From assembly GCA_943356675.1 (NCBI GenBank), contig CALRFQ010000004.1, positions 1-52,317 of the forward strand: a stretch of 52,317 nt of DNA, read 5' to 3'. The stretch is from Candidatus Nomurabacteria bacterium (GTDB taxonomy: Bacteria; Patescibacteriota; Minisyncoccia; Phycocordibacterales; UBA9973). Shown here one piece after another: positions 36,352-45,967 of this stretch. Numbering within the stretch: position 1 is the first letter of the stretch; the number at the start of each line of letters is the position of its first letter. Under the pieces are notes generated by a model. It did no database searches. It was not told the origin of the DNA and saw nothing but the letters and a program-made list of their open reading frames with translations. The position numbers and the translations under genes are program-made.

Positions 36352-39300
36352 ATGGATGAAACAGTTAAGAAATCAAATAATGCAGAAAGGGAAGAGAAGA
36401 TACTGAAATTCTGGCAGGAGAATGATACTTTTCAAAAAAGTTTAAAAAAGGATGCTCCAAAAGGGAACTATGTGTTTTATGATGGGCCACCTTTCGCTAC
36501 AGGGCTCCCTCACTATGGGCATATCTTGGGCTCTACTGCTAAAGACGCCATAGGCCGCTACAAGACCATGCAGGGCTTTACTGTGCCACGTAAGTGGGGC
36601 TGGGATTGCCATGGGCTTCCTATTGAGAACATTGTAGAGAAAGATCTTGGGATTTCTGGAAAGAAGGGCATTGAAGAATACGGGCTAGAGAAATTCTCAG
36701 AGCATGCTCGAAGTAAGGTCCTCACATATGTGGGTGATTGGAAGAGGACAGTGGATCGTATGGGGCGCTGGGTGGACTTCGATAATTCATACAAGACTAT
36801 GGACAACACTTTCATCGAAAGTGTGTGGTGGGCTCTCGGTGAACTAAACAAAAAAGAATTACTTTACGAAGGAGTGCGCGTGCTTGCATATTGCCCACGT
36901 TGTGAGACTCCAATTGCCAATTCTGAAATAGCGATGGACAACAGTTATAAGGATATAACTGATATTTCTGTTTATGTGAAGTTTGAATTAGTGAGTGAAC
37001 CAAAAACATACCTACTTGCATGGACGACAACTCCTTGGACTCTACCGGGGAACACTGCTGTAGCAGTGAATAAAGATTTCACCTATGTATATGTAAAAAA
37101 TAATAAAGAAGATGTGAATGAGACTTTAATTCTTGAAAAGGGTAGATTTGAAATACTGAAAGATAAATTTACAAATCCTGAAATATTAAAAGAGGTTTCC
37201 GGTAGTGACCTTATCGGACTCTCATACTTGCCAGTATTTAGTTACTACAAGGATACAGATATGCCAAATAAAGAAAATATTTGGAAAGTTTGGCATGCTG
37301 ATTTTATAACATCGGATTCAGGTACTGGTATCGCTCACGAAGCTCCAGCCTTCGGAGAGGATGATATGAATTTAGCAAAAGCAAACAATATTCCTTTTAT
37401 TCGCCATGTGGAGCCAAACGGAACTTTCGTAAGCATGGTTACGGATTTCGCTGGAGAGAAAGCGAAACCAAAAGAGGATCACCAGTCCGGCGACGTGCTC
37501 ATCATAAAGTACCTTGCGAAAGAGGGCGCACTTTTTGCAAAAGAAAAAATCATCCACTCATATCCTCACTGCTACCGCTGTGAGACACCACTACTATACT
37601 ATGCACTTCCTTCTTGGTTTGTGAACATCCAAAAGGTGAAGGCGAAGGCTCTCGAAGAGGCTAAATCTATGAATTGGATCCCTTCGCACCTTAAAGATGG
37701 ACGCTTCAACAATATACTCGAGAATGCACCAGACTGGACCATCTCTCGCAATCGCTTCTGGGCGAGCCCACTTCCTATTTGGAAAAACAAAGATGGGAAA
37801 ATACTTTTTGTAAATTCACTTGAAGATTTGAAAAATAAAACTAAAAAAAGTGGGAATAAATATTTCGGAATGCGACATGGTTATGGTCAGCATATGGAGA
37901 AGGGGGTAGTGTCATCACTCGACCATGATTCATATCACCTTACAGAAGAAGGCAGAAACGAGGTAGTAAAAAGCGCTACAGATTTGAAGAATAAAGGTAT
38001 TACAAAAATCTTTACTTCACCACTAATTCGCACGAAAGAAACTGCAAAGATCGCTGCAGGAATTTTAGGTATTAATCCAAGTGAGATAGTAGTAGATGAC
38101 AGGATTCGTGAGTATGAATTCGGAGAATTTAATGGCAAGCCTTGGCAAGAGTATATCGATTATCGTGATCAACATATCGCCACTTATGATGAGCCACTAG
38201 GAGGGTCAAGCTTACTTGAAACGAAAAAGCGTTTCGCTGATTTTATTTATGAAATTGAAAATAATTTCCAGAATGAAAATATTTTAATTGTGACTCACGG
38301 TGTTTTCTTCGAAACAATACCAGCGATAATTGAAGGAGCAAATAATGAAAGATCACTTGAAATAGTTTTTGAGGTCTTTAACAATGCACGAATACAACCA
38401 GCAGAAGTAAGAGAATATGATTTTACTCCAATCCCTCACAATGCAAAATACGAGCTTGATATGCATCGCCCGTATATTGATAGGATTACACTAGTGGATG
38501 AAAATGTAGATGAATACAAGAGAATTCCTGAGGTGATAGACTGCTGGTTTGAATCTGGCTCAATGCCATTTGCTCAGGATCACTATCCGTTTGAGCGCCC
38601 AAACTGGCAGAAAGAGAATTTCCCAGCTGGCTTTGTGGCAGAATATATTGCTCAGACTCGCACATGGTTCTACTACTCACATATTATTTCTACTATTTTA
38701 TTCGGGCAAGCTCCATTTCAGAATATTATTTCTACAGGTACGGTACTCGCAGAAGATGGAGAGAAGATGAGTAAGTCCAAGAATAATTTCACAGACCCTT
38801 GGATAATGTTTAATAAAGTGGGCGTGGATCCTATACGCTTCTATCTTATGAGTTCACAGGTAATGCGTGGGGAGGATTTGAACTTCTCAGATAAGGCAGT
38901 GCAAGATGTGGCAAGTAAAATCGTAGGACGCTTGGATAATGTGGTAGCATTTTATGAACTATATCGTGATAAAAATCTAGAACCTAGAACCTCTAACCTA
39001 GAACCTAGTTCAAATGCTTTAGATATCTGGATACTTGCAAGATTAAGTGAGACTATAAATGAAGTAACTCTCAATATGGATGCATATGATTTAGCGCTTG
39101 CTTCTAGACCTTTTGAAAGCTTCATAGAAGACCTTTCCACTTGGTATCTTCGCCGTTCACGCGACCGAATAAAGGATGGCGACAAAGAAGCAAAATCCAC
39201 AATGTATTTCGTGCTCAAAAATTTGGTGAAGGTTATGGCTCCATTTACACCTTTCATAGCAGAAGATGTATGGCAGAGGCTCAAGACTGAAGGGGATGCT

Positions 39301-39834
39301 GAAAGTGTGCATTTAGCTAAATGGCCTGAAGGGCAGGTTCTAGTTTCTAGTGATAAGGTTCTAGTAGAAATGCAACAAGTTAGAGATGTAGTTACACTTG
39401 GACTCGAAGCTCGTCAAAAAATGGGTATTAAGGTTCGTCAACCTCTAAATAGCTTAAAGGTTGTAGGTAGTAGGTTACAGGATGAGTATATAGAAATTTT
39501 GAAAGATGAGTTGAATATTAAAAATATTGAGATAGTAGAAGGGGAGGCACTAAATGTGGAGCTGGATACAAATATCACATTAGAATTAAAACAAGAAGGG
39601 GACTACCGTGAATTACTTCGTGCTGTGCAGGACCTAAGAAAGACAGAAGGACTTAACCCAAGTGATGTTGTGACTCTCGTTATTTATACAGATGAAAATG
39701 GGAAAAATATTGTGGAAATGTTTAAGAATGATTTTATGAAAACTGCCGGACTTAAAGAAATAAAAATGGAAGAGTTCGATGGGCTTGAAGTGAAAGTAGG
39801 GGAACTAGTATTTAAAATAAAAATTCTCAAATAA
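36352..39834 (+). CDS. ileS: Isoleucine--tRNA ligase (type 2) with an inserted histidine-phosphatase domain
   Basis: DGPPFATGLPHYGH, GWDCHGLP, WTTTPWTLP, DWTISRNRFW, KMSKS. The insert carries RHG, SPLIRTKETA and VTHG. Confidence 0.95.
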   Translation: MDETVKKSNNAEREEKILKFWQENDTFQKSLKKDAPKGNYVFYDGPPFATGLPHYGHILGSTAKDAIGRYKTMQGFTVPRKWGWDCHGLPIENIVEKDLGISGKKGIEEYGLEKFSEHARSKVLTYVGDWKRTVDRMGRWVDFDNSYKTMDNTFIESVWWALGELNKKELLYEGVRVLAYCPRCETPIANSEIAMDNSYKDITDISVYVKFELVSEPKTYLLAWTTTPWTLPGNTAVAVNKDFTYVYVKNNKEDVNETLILEKGRFEILKDKFTNPEILKEVSGSDLIGLSYLPVFSYYKDTDMPNKENIWKVWHADFITSDSGTGIAHEAPAFGEDDMNLAKANNIPFIRHVEPNGTFVSMVTDFAGEKAKPKEDHQSGDVLIIKYLAKEGALFAKEKIIHSYPHCYRCETPLLYYALPSWFVNIQKVKAKALEEAKSMNWIPSHLKDGRFNNILENAPDWTISRNRFWASPLPIWKNKDGKILFVNSLEDLKNKTKKSGNKYFGMRHGYGQHMEKGVVSSLDHDSYHLTEEGRNEVVKSATDLKNKGITKIFTSPLIRTKETAKIAAGILGINPSEIVVDDRIREYEFGEFNGKPWQEYIDYRDQHIATYDEPLGGSSLLETKKRFADFIYEIENNFQNENILIVTHGVFFETIPAIIEGANNERSLEIVFEVFNNARIQPAEVREYDFTPIPHNAKYELDMHRPYIDRITLVDENVDEYKRIPEVIDCWFESGSMPFAQDHYPFERPNWQKENFPAGFVAEYIAQTRTWFYYSHIISTILFGQAPFQNIISTGTVLAEDGEKMSKSKNNFTDPWIMFNKVGVDPIRFYLMSSQVMRGEDLNFSDKAVQDVASKIVGRLDNVVAFYELYRDKNLEPRTSNLEPSSNALDIWILARLSETINEVTLNMDAYDLALASRPFESFIEDLSTWYLRRSRDRIKDGDKEAKSTMYFVLKNLVKVMAPFTPFIAEDVWQRLKTEGDAESVHLAKWPEGQVLVSSDKVLVEMQQVRDVVTLGLEARQKMGIKVRQPLNSLKVVGSRLQDEYIEILKDELNIKNIEIVEGEALNVELDTNITLELKQEGDYRELLRAVQDLRKTEGLNPSDVVTLVIYTDENGKNIVEMFKNDFMKTAGLKEIKMEEFDGLEVKVGELVFKIKILK
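38977..39011 (+). repeat. Five 7-bp units (CTAGAAC consensus) inside ileS
   Basis: ctagaac ctagaac ctctaac ctagaac ctagttc, encoding LEPRTSNLEPSS. Confidence 0.8.
39337..39364 (-). repeat. Four 7-bp units in inverted orientation (GTTCTAG) inside ileS
   Basis: gttctag tttctag tgataag gttctag. Confidence 0.65.
39460..39480 (-). repeat. Three 7-bp units (GTnnnAG) inside ileS
   Basis: gttgtag gtagtag gttacag, whose reverse complement is CTnnnAC. Confidence 0.55.
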
Positions 39835-40262
39835 TGAATACAGAGCAGTGCTACGGAATAATAGTGGTAAACAAGGATGAAGACTTAAAATTTCTGATAG
39901 TTCAGCTTGTGGATTCTGAAGGAAGCTGGGGCTTCCCGAAAGGGCACCATGAAGGCACTGAGACAAAGCTCGAGACCGCAAAGAGGGAAGCTTTCGAAGA
40001 AGTGGGCATTTCAGATATTAAAATCCTAGAAACAGAACTCATTCACGAAGAATACTTTATAAATAGGAACGGAGAGCAGGTTCTTAAAAATAATGATTAT
40101 TTTATTGGATTTGTGGATACAAAGGATGTAGTAATTCAAGAAGAAGAGATTAATGACTATAAATGGGCAACATACGAAGAAGCTCTAAACCTTCTCCAGT
40201 ATGACACTCGCAAAGTCGTGCTAACGAAAGCAAAAAATATTTTAGTAGATATGGTAAAATAA
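39834..40262 (+). CDS. NUDIX hydrolase (Ap4A hydrolase-like)
   Basis: WGFPKGHHEGTETKLETAKREAFEEVGI. Confidence 0.9.
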   Translation: MNTEQCYGIIVVNKDEDLKFLIVQLVDSEGSWGFPKGHHEGTETKLETAKREAFEEVGISDIKILETELIHEEYFINRNGEQVLKNNDYFIGFVDTKDVVIQEEEINDYKWATYEEALNLLQYDTRKVVLTKAKNILVDMVK

Positions 40263-40266
40263 ATTT

Positions 40267-40836
40267 ATGAAAAAAGTATTTATGGTCCATGGTTTTAATG
40301 GAGAGCCAAACGGTGGATGGAGACCTTGGCTTATGGGAAAGCTTGCAAGTGATGATATATGGGCTTGCTCACTTCCAATGCCTACACCAAGTGACCCAAA
40401 GAAGGACGAGTGGGTAAATATGATTTCGGATTCAGTCGGAGACCCTAATGAAGAAATATTTCTTATGGGTCATTCACTTGGTGTGCCAAGTGTACTTAGG
40501 TATTTAGAAAGCCTACCAGAAGGTAAAAGGATTGGTGGCGCGGTATTAGTTTCTGGAATTATTGAAGTTATTCCTGGAAAAGAAAAGTACTCAAAAATTA
40601 ATCATTTTTTTGAAAATCCATTTGATTTTAATCATATAAAGAATGTGTGCCCAAATATTATTGTAATTCATGGAGAAGATGATCCTGCTGTGCCATTTAC
40701 TCAAGCACAAAAATTGTCACATGATTTAAGTTGCGAATTAATACCTGTCAAAAATGGAGGTCACCTGAATGGTTCATCTGGCTGGTATGAATTACCCGAG
40801 GCATATGATGCTTTAATAAAAATGATAAATAAGTAA
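40267..40836 (+). CDS. RBBP9/YdeN family alpha/beta hydrolase
   Basis: VHGF, W.PWL, GHSLG, DDPAVP, GGHLN. Confidence 0.9.
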   Translation: MKKVFMVHGFNGEPNGGWRPWLMGKLASDDIWACSLPMPTPSDPKKDEWVNMISDSVGDPNEEIFLMGHSLGVPSVLRYLESLPEGKRIGGAVLVSGIIEVIPGKEKYSKINHFFENPFDFNHIKNVCPNIIVIHGEDDPAVPFTQAQKLSHDLSCELIPVKNGGHLNGSSGWYELPEAYDALIKMINK

Positions 40837-40859
40837 ACTATTAATATTACAAAGTTCTA

Positions 40860-41444
40860 ATGCATCATATCTTTCACACACATGGATTTATACTGGGCTC
40901 GGTGGGGCATGGCGAGGCGAATAAAACGCTCGTGATTTACACGAGGGAGCTCGGGCTTGTGAGAGCAAGAGCACAGGGGATAAGGCTTGCGAAGTCGAAG
41001 CTCCGCTTCGGCCTCCAAGATTTTTCTTATGCTAAAATCGATTTAGTGCGAGGTAAGGAGATTTGGCGAGTTACTTCTGCGACTACTATAGATTCTTTCC
41101 CATATGCTAGAGCAAATAAAAATACAATCTTGCTCATTGCGCAAATTTCTAAACTAATAGAAAGACTTTGTAATGGGGAAGAGGCGAATAATAGAATTTT
41201 TGATGAAATTATCCAAGCATTTTATTTACTAGATAATCCCGAAATCAAAAAGGAGACTTGTGAATCCATAGAGATATATCTAGTGCTTCGTATTGTGCAC
41301 AACCTGGGATACGTAGGGGAATCCGAGTTACTGACGAAGTACCTAGGAGACGAATTTAGTCAGGATCACCTCAATTCTGTGCTCACAGAAAAAACTAATA
41401 TATTGGGTCATATAAATAAAGCATTGCGGGAAAGTCAGCTTTAG
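40860..41444 (+). CDS. recO: DNA repair protein RecO
   Basis: GEANK…YTRELGLVRARAQGIR..KSKL OB-fold N-terminus. Located near glyQS. Confidence 0.88.
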   Translation: MHHIFHTHGFILGSVGHGEANKTLVIYTRELGLVRARAQGIRLAKSKLRFGLQDFSYAKIDLVRGKEIWRVTSATTIDSFPYARANKNTILLIAQISKLIERLCNGEEANNRIFDEIIQAFYLLDNPEIKKETCESIEIYLVLRIVHNLGYVGESELLTKYLGDEFSQDHLNSVLTEKTNILGHINKALRESQL

Positions 41445-41473
41445 TAAGGATATATTTATGGTATAATAATTCT

Positions 41474-43372
41474 ATGTCAGAATCTGATGAAAATTTACAT
41501 AAAATCGAAGACATAAAGCGCAAGCTTTATGATCCAGCATATCCTAATGCCAAGCATCGCACTGAAGGGACTCTCCACACTGTGAGTCATGATGTGTCAC
41601 ACCATTGGACAGATGAGAATAATGTTCATGAAGGTAAACCAATGAAAGCACCCACAAAAATATTTAAGAAATTTTTTATAGGAGCAGTATTATTTTTTAT
41701 ATTCGCCATTATTTTTGGCGTTTTTATGTATTACCGCGGTGCCGATACAGTCACTAGTGAAAAGATAGACATCACAGTACTCGGGAATTCATTTACAGAA
41801 GGTGGAGCAGATTTGCCACTACAGATAGAAATTGTGAATCGTAACAATGCCAATCTAGAACTTGCGAATATGCTCATAGAGTATCCTCGCGGAGCATCAG
41901 CCGATAATAAGACAGACATGGTGAGACTTCCACGTGACCAGATAGGCACAATACTGCCCGGAGGAAGAGTAGAGAGAAATATTAAAGTATCTTTATTTGG
42001 TGATCAGGGGACAGTGCGCCAGATCACTGTGCACTTCGAGTACCACCCACAGGGTTCTAATGCAATTTTCACAAAAGAAGTAACTTACCCTGTTACTATA
42101 AGCACATCACCGCTTGCCCTTCGAGTGGATGGACCTGTGGATTCTAGCTCAAATCAAGCTGTGACACTTACTGTAACTGCTTCACTAAATACCACGCTCC
42201 CAAGTGCTGCTCTACTTAAAGTGGGTTATCCATCTGGATTCGTATTTGAGAGCGCAGACCCAGCTCCGCTTGCAGATAAGTCTCTATGGAGCTTGGCGAC
42301 ACTTACTCAACAGAACCCAGCAGTGATTACAATACACGGCAGGATTAATGGCCAAGATGGTGATGAGCAAGCATTCCACGTGTATGCAGGGACAGCAAGC
42401 CCTCTTGATCCAAACTTGGTTGATGTAGTTTACAATTCACTGCTTCACACTATTACACTAGCGAAGCCATTTCTGAATGCGAACCTATCAATAAATGGAA
42501 ACACTGCTGACCAATTCTCCGTGCCTGATGGCCAGCCTGTGACAATGGACATAGATTGGACCAATAATTTAACAACACAAGTTTCTGATGCTGAAATACG
42601 CGTGCAGTTTTCTGGTAACGTCTTCAACAAAAGTTTAGTTACTGTTTCAAATGGATTTTATAATTCTGGAACGAATGAGATCATCTTCAATAAGAGTACT
42701 GCACCAGTTTTCTCATCTATAGATCCAGGGCAGAAAGGGAAACTATCATTTACATTTACACCACTCCCAGTTTCAGGAAGTGACACAAGTATGAAGGATC
42801 CACAAGTAGTAGTGGAAGTAAGTATAAAAGGGCGTGAGACATCTTCAGGTCAAGGATTTTCTGAAGTGAAAAATTTTGAGAAAAAGGTGGTGAGAGTCAT
42901 GTCTGATTTCCAGATATCTCCACTAGCTAGATATGTAAGTGGAGCATTTCCACCAACAGCTGAGAAGGACACTGTATATAATGCGACTCTTACACTTTCA
43001 AATTCTGTTAACACAATAGCAAATGCTGAAGCACGCACTACTCTTCCTATATATGTGAAGTGGGGAGGGCTCGTAGGTACTACAGCTGAGAATGTGATTT
43101 ACAACGATGTAACTCGCGAGATTACTTGGAAGATTGGGTCAGTGCGCCCTCATACTGGATTCGGACCTATAAATAGAGAAGTTTCCTTTAAATTAATTCT
43201 TACACCTTCAATATCTCAAGTAGGTAGCGTGCCTCAACTTCTAAAGGATGTGTCTCTCGTGGGTCAGGATACATTTGCAGGGAACAGTATCAAAACAAGT
43301 GTGACAGGATTAAATACTAGAATCGAGAATGATCCGGCTTTCAAATTTGGCTATGAACGTGTTATAAAGTAA
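41474..43372 (+). CDS. Membrane-anchored protein with multiple Ig-like beta-sandwich domains
   Basis: Cytoplasmic N-terminus, one TM helix (FFIGAVLFFIFAIIFGVFMYY), then beta-rich repeats (YP.G, IGTI.PG, W.IG). Confidence 0.7.
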   Translation: MSESDENLHKIEDIKRKLYDPAYPNAKHRTEGTLHTVSHDVSHHWTDENNVHEGKPMKAPTKIFKKFFIGAVLFFIFAIIFGVFMYYRGADTVTSEKIDITVLGNSFTEGGADLPLQIEIVNRNNANLELANMLIEYPRGASADNKTDMVRLPRDQIGTILPGGRVERNIKVSLFGDQGTVRQITVHFEYHPQGSNAIFTKEVTYPVTISTSPLALRVDGPVDSSSNQAVTLTVTASLNTTLPSAALLKVGYPSGFVFESADPAPLADKSLWSLATLTQQNPAVITIHGRINGQDGDEQAFHVYAGTASPLDPNLVDVVYNSLLHTITLAKPFLNANLSINGNTADQFSVPDGQPVTMDIDWTNNLTTQVSDAEIRVQFSGNVFNKSLVTVSNGFYNSGTNEIIFNKSTAPVFSSIDPGQKGKLSFTFTPLPVSGSDTSMKDPQVVVEVSIKGRETSSGQGFSEVKNFEKKVVRVMSDFQISPLARYVSGAFPPTAEKDTVYNATLTLSNSVNTIANAEARTTLPIYVKWGGLVGTTAENVIYNDVTREITWKIGSVRPHTGFGPINREVSFKLILTPSISQVGSVPQLLKDVSLVGQDTFAGNSIKTSVTGLNTRIENDPAFKFGYERVIK

Positions 43373-43376
43373 CTAT

Positions 43377-44675
43377 ATGGAAAACAACGACGACAAGCTA
43401 ATGGAGAAGATAATAAGCCTTTGTAAGCGCAGGGGATTCGTTTACCCTGGATCTGAGATCTATGGAGGGCTCGCCGGCACATGGGATTACGGTCCGCTTG
43501 GTGTCGCACTCAAGAATAACATAAAGGATGCATGGAGAAAGAAATTCGTATCTTCCAGGAATGATATGTATGAAGTGGATGCTGCAATACTCATGAATGG
43601 GGAAGTTTGGAAAGCGTCAGGGCACGTGGATACTTTTACAGACCCACTCGTGGAATGTACTAAATGTAAAAAAAGATTCCGTGAGGATACACTTAAGGTG
43701 AAAGGTAAGTGTGATGATTGCGGTGGGGTGACGGGTGAAGCTCGCCAATTCAACATGATGTTCTCAACAAAGATCGGAGCGGTGGAGGATAGTGCGGCGA
43801 CTGTGTACCTAAGGCCCGAGACAGCCCAAGGAATATTTGTGAACTTCAAGAATATTGTGGATTCATTTCACCCAAAGCTACCATTCGGAATTGCACAAAT
43901 TGGAAAAGCTTTCAGAAATGAAATTACTCCAAGAGATTTTATTTTTCGAGTGAGAGAAATAGAACAAATGGAAGTTGAATATTTTATTCGTGAAGATGAT
44001 GCAGACAAATCATTTACATATTGGCATGAGGAGATAGTGAGCTTTGCTGAAGAGCTTGGTCTTGATATGGCTAGTTTCCATGAGGTGATAGTTGGTGACG
44101 GAGATCGTGCTCACTATTCTAAGCGCACTACTGATTTCGAATTTGATTTTCCTTTTGGTCAAAAAGAATTATTTGGTCTCGCATACAGAGGAAGCTTCGA
44201 TCTAAATAATCACAAACTTGAATACATAGATGAAGAAGCTAAAGAAAAGATAACGCCCCACGTGATAGAGCCTTCTATGGGTGTGGACCGCTTGGTTCTA
44301 GCACTTATGCTTTCAGCTTATGCTGAAGATACACAAGGAGAAGAAGTCCGTTCATATCTTAAATTTAAGCCAAGTATGGCGCCTGTAGTATGTGCTGTTT
44401 CTCCACTACTTAAGAATAAGCCAGAGCTCGTAGAGAAGGCGAGGGTGGTGTATGGAATGCTTAAATCTGAATTCGGAAGAGTGATGTGGGATGACAATGG
44501 CAACATCGGCAAGCGCTACAGACGCCAGGATGAGATAGGAACTCCATGGTGCATAGTTATAGACTTCGATACACTCACAGATGATACTGTCACTATTCGT
44601 GACCGCGATACAGGTTCTCAGGAAAGAATCGCTAAGCTAGAACTTGTTGATTATATAAAAGAAAGACTTTCCTAA
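43377..44675 (+). CDS. glyQS: Glycine--tRNA ligase (alpha2, homodimeric type)
   Basis: EIYGG…DYGPLG, LRPETAQGIF, GKAFRNEITPR, IEPSMGVDR, IGKRYRRQDEIGTP. Confidence 0.97.
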   Translation: MENNDDKLMEKIISLCKRRGFVYPGSEIYGGLAGTWDYGPLGVALKNNIKDAWRKKFVSSRNDMYEVDAAILMNGEVWKASGHVDTFTDPLVECTKCKKRFREDTLKVKGKCDDCGGVTGEARQFNMMFSTKIGAVEDSAATVYLRPETAQGIFVNFKNIVDSFHPKLPFGIAQIGKAFRNEITPRDFIFRVREIEQMEVEYFIREDDADKSFTYWHEEIVSFAEELGLDMASFHEVIVGDGDRAHYSKRTTDFEFDFPFGQKELFGLAYRGSFDLNNHKLEYIDEEAKEKITPHVIEPSMGVDRLVLALMLSAYAEDTQGEEVRSYLKFKPSMAPVVCAVSPLLKNKPELVEKARVVYGMLKSEFGRVMWDDNGNIGKRYRRQDEIGTPWCIVIDFDTLTDDTVTIRDRDTGSQERIAKLELVDYIKERLS

Positions 44676-45946
44676 TGACAAAACCTAAAAAGATAATATT
44701 AAAAAATGGCCTTACTGTAGTGACAGTACCCATGAAAGATACTCCGACTGTCACAGCGCTTGTGCTTGTGGGCACAGGGAGCGACTATGAGGATAAGAGT
44801 GTGAATGGAATCTCACACTTCCTAGAGCATATGTGCTTTAAGGGGACAGAGAAGAGGCCTTCGGCTCATGCGATCTCCCATGAGCTTGATGCTCTTGGCT
44901 CACAGTATAATGCCTTCACAGACCATGAGCTCACTGGCTACTATGCGAAAGCAGATGCGAAAAAGTTTAAGAAAGTTTTTGAAATTATTTCTGACATTTA
45001 TCTAAATTCTACTTTCCCTGAAGCTGAGATTGAAAAAGAGAAAGGTGTGATAGTTGAAGAGATAAATATGTATGAAGATATGCCACACCGCCATGTGCAA
45101 GATATATTTGGTGAGCTTCTTTATGGTGATCAGCCAGCAGGGCGAAACATCGCAGGCACGAAAGAGAATGTAAGAAAGATGACTCGCAATGATTTCGTAA
45201 AATATAAAACTTCACACTATGTGCCGAAGGCTACTACTATTGTGATAGCCGGAAATGTTTCAAGTAAGGATGCATTAGTGGAAGTAAAAAAGCATTTCGG
45301 TAATATGAGCGGGGGAGTAAAAGGAAAGAAAATAAAAACGATAGATAAGCAGGATGCTCCCAAGGTTATGCTTAAATTCAAAGCTACAGATCAAACACAT
45401 TTCGTACTAGGATTCAGAAGCTTCGATATGTTTTCGAAAAAGAATACAACACTCTCACTACTTTCTGGAGTGCTTGGTGCGGGTATGAGTAGTAGGCTAT
45501 TCATTAAGCTCCGCGAGGATTTGGGTGCTGCTTACTACGTGAATGCTTACAACAATCTCTCTCTCGATCATGGAGTTTTCCAAATATCTGCAGGTGTTAC
45601 AAATGAACGAACACAGGAGGTGATTACAGAAATTTTAAAAGAATGCAAAAGATTAAAGGATGAGCTAGTCGGGGAAAGTGAACTTCAAAAAGTGAAATCT
45701 TTCATAATTGGTAATAGCAAAATGTCGCTTGAAGCATCTGACGATGTGGCGAATTTCTACGGCACCCAACAGCTTCTAAAGGGTGAGATGAAAACTATTG
45801 ATGAAAAAGCTAAGGAAATAAATAAAATCACAAGCCGTGATATACAGAAAATGGCACGTGAGATATTCACAGAAAAACACTTAAATATGAGTCTTATTGG
45901 TCCACACAAAGAAGAGGCTAAATTCATTAAAATACTCACTTTATAA
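44675..45946 (+). CDS. M16 family (pitrilysin-like) zinc peptidase
   Basis: HFLEHMCFKGT inverted zinc motif, NAFT, GMSSRLF..LRE. Confidence 0.95.
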   Translation: MTKPKKIILKNGLTVVTVPMKDTPTVTALVLVGTGSDYEDKSVNGISHFLEHMCFKGTEKRPSAHAISHELDALGSQYNAFTDHELTGYYAKADAKKFKKVFEIISDIYLNSTFPEAEIEKEKGVIVEEINMYEDMPHRHVQDIFGELLYGDQPAGRNIAGTKENVRKMTRNDFVKYKTSHYVPKATTIVIAGNVSSKDALVEVKKHFGNMSGGVKGKKIKTIDKQDAPKVMLKFKATDQTHFVLGFRSFDMFSKKNTTLSLLSGVLGAGMSSRLFIKLREDLGAAYYVNAYNNLSLDHGVFQISAGVTNERTQEVITEILKECKRLKDELVGESELQKVKSFIIGNSKMSLEASDDVANFYGTQQLLKGEMKTIDEKAKEINKITSRDIQKMAREIFTEKHLNMSLIGPHKEEAKFIKILTL

Positions 45947-45967
45947 GAGATGTGGTATTATTGAAAT

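Noticed and set aside
37855-38430. IleRS insertion as an intein
   Set aside because: No C/S…HN splice termini or LAGLIDADG motifs. The motifs match histidine phosphatases.
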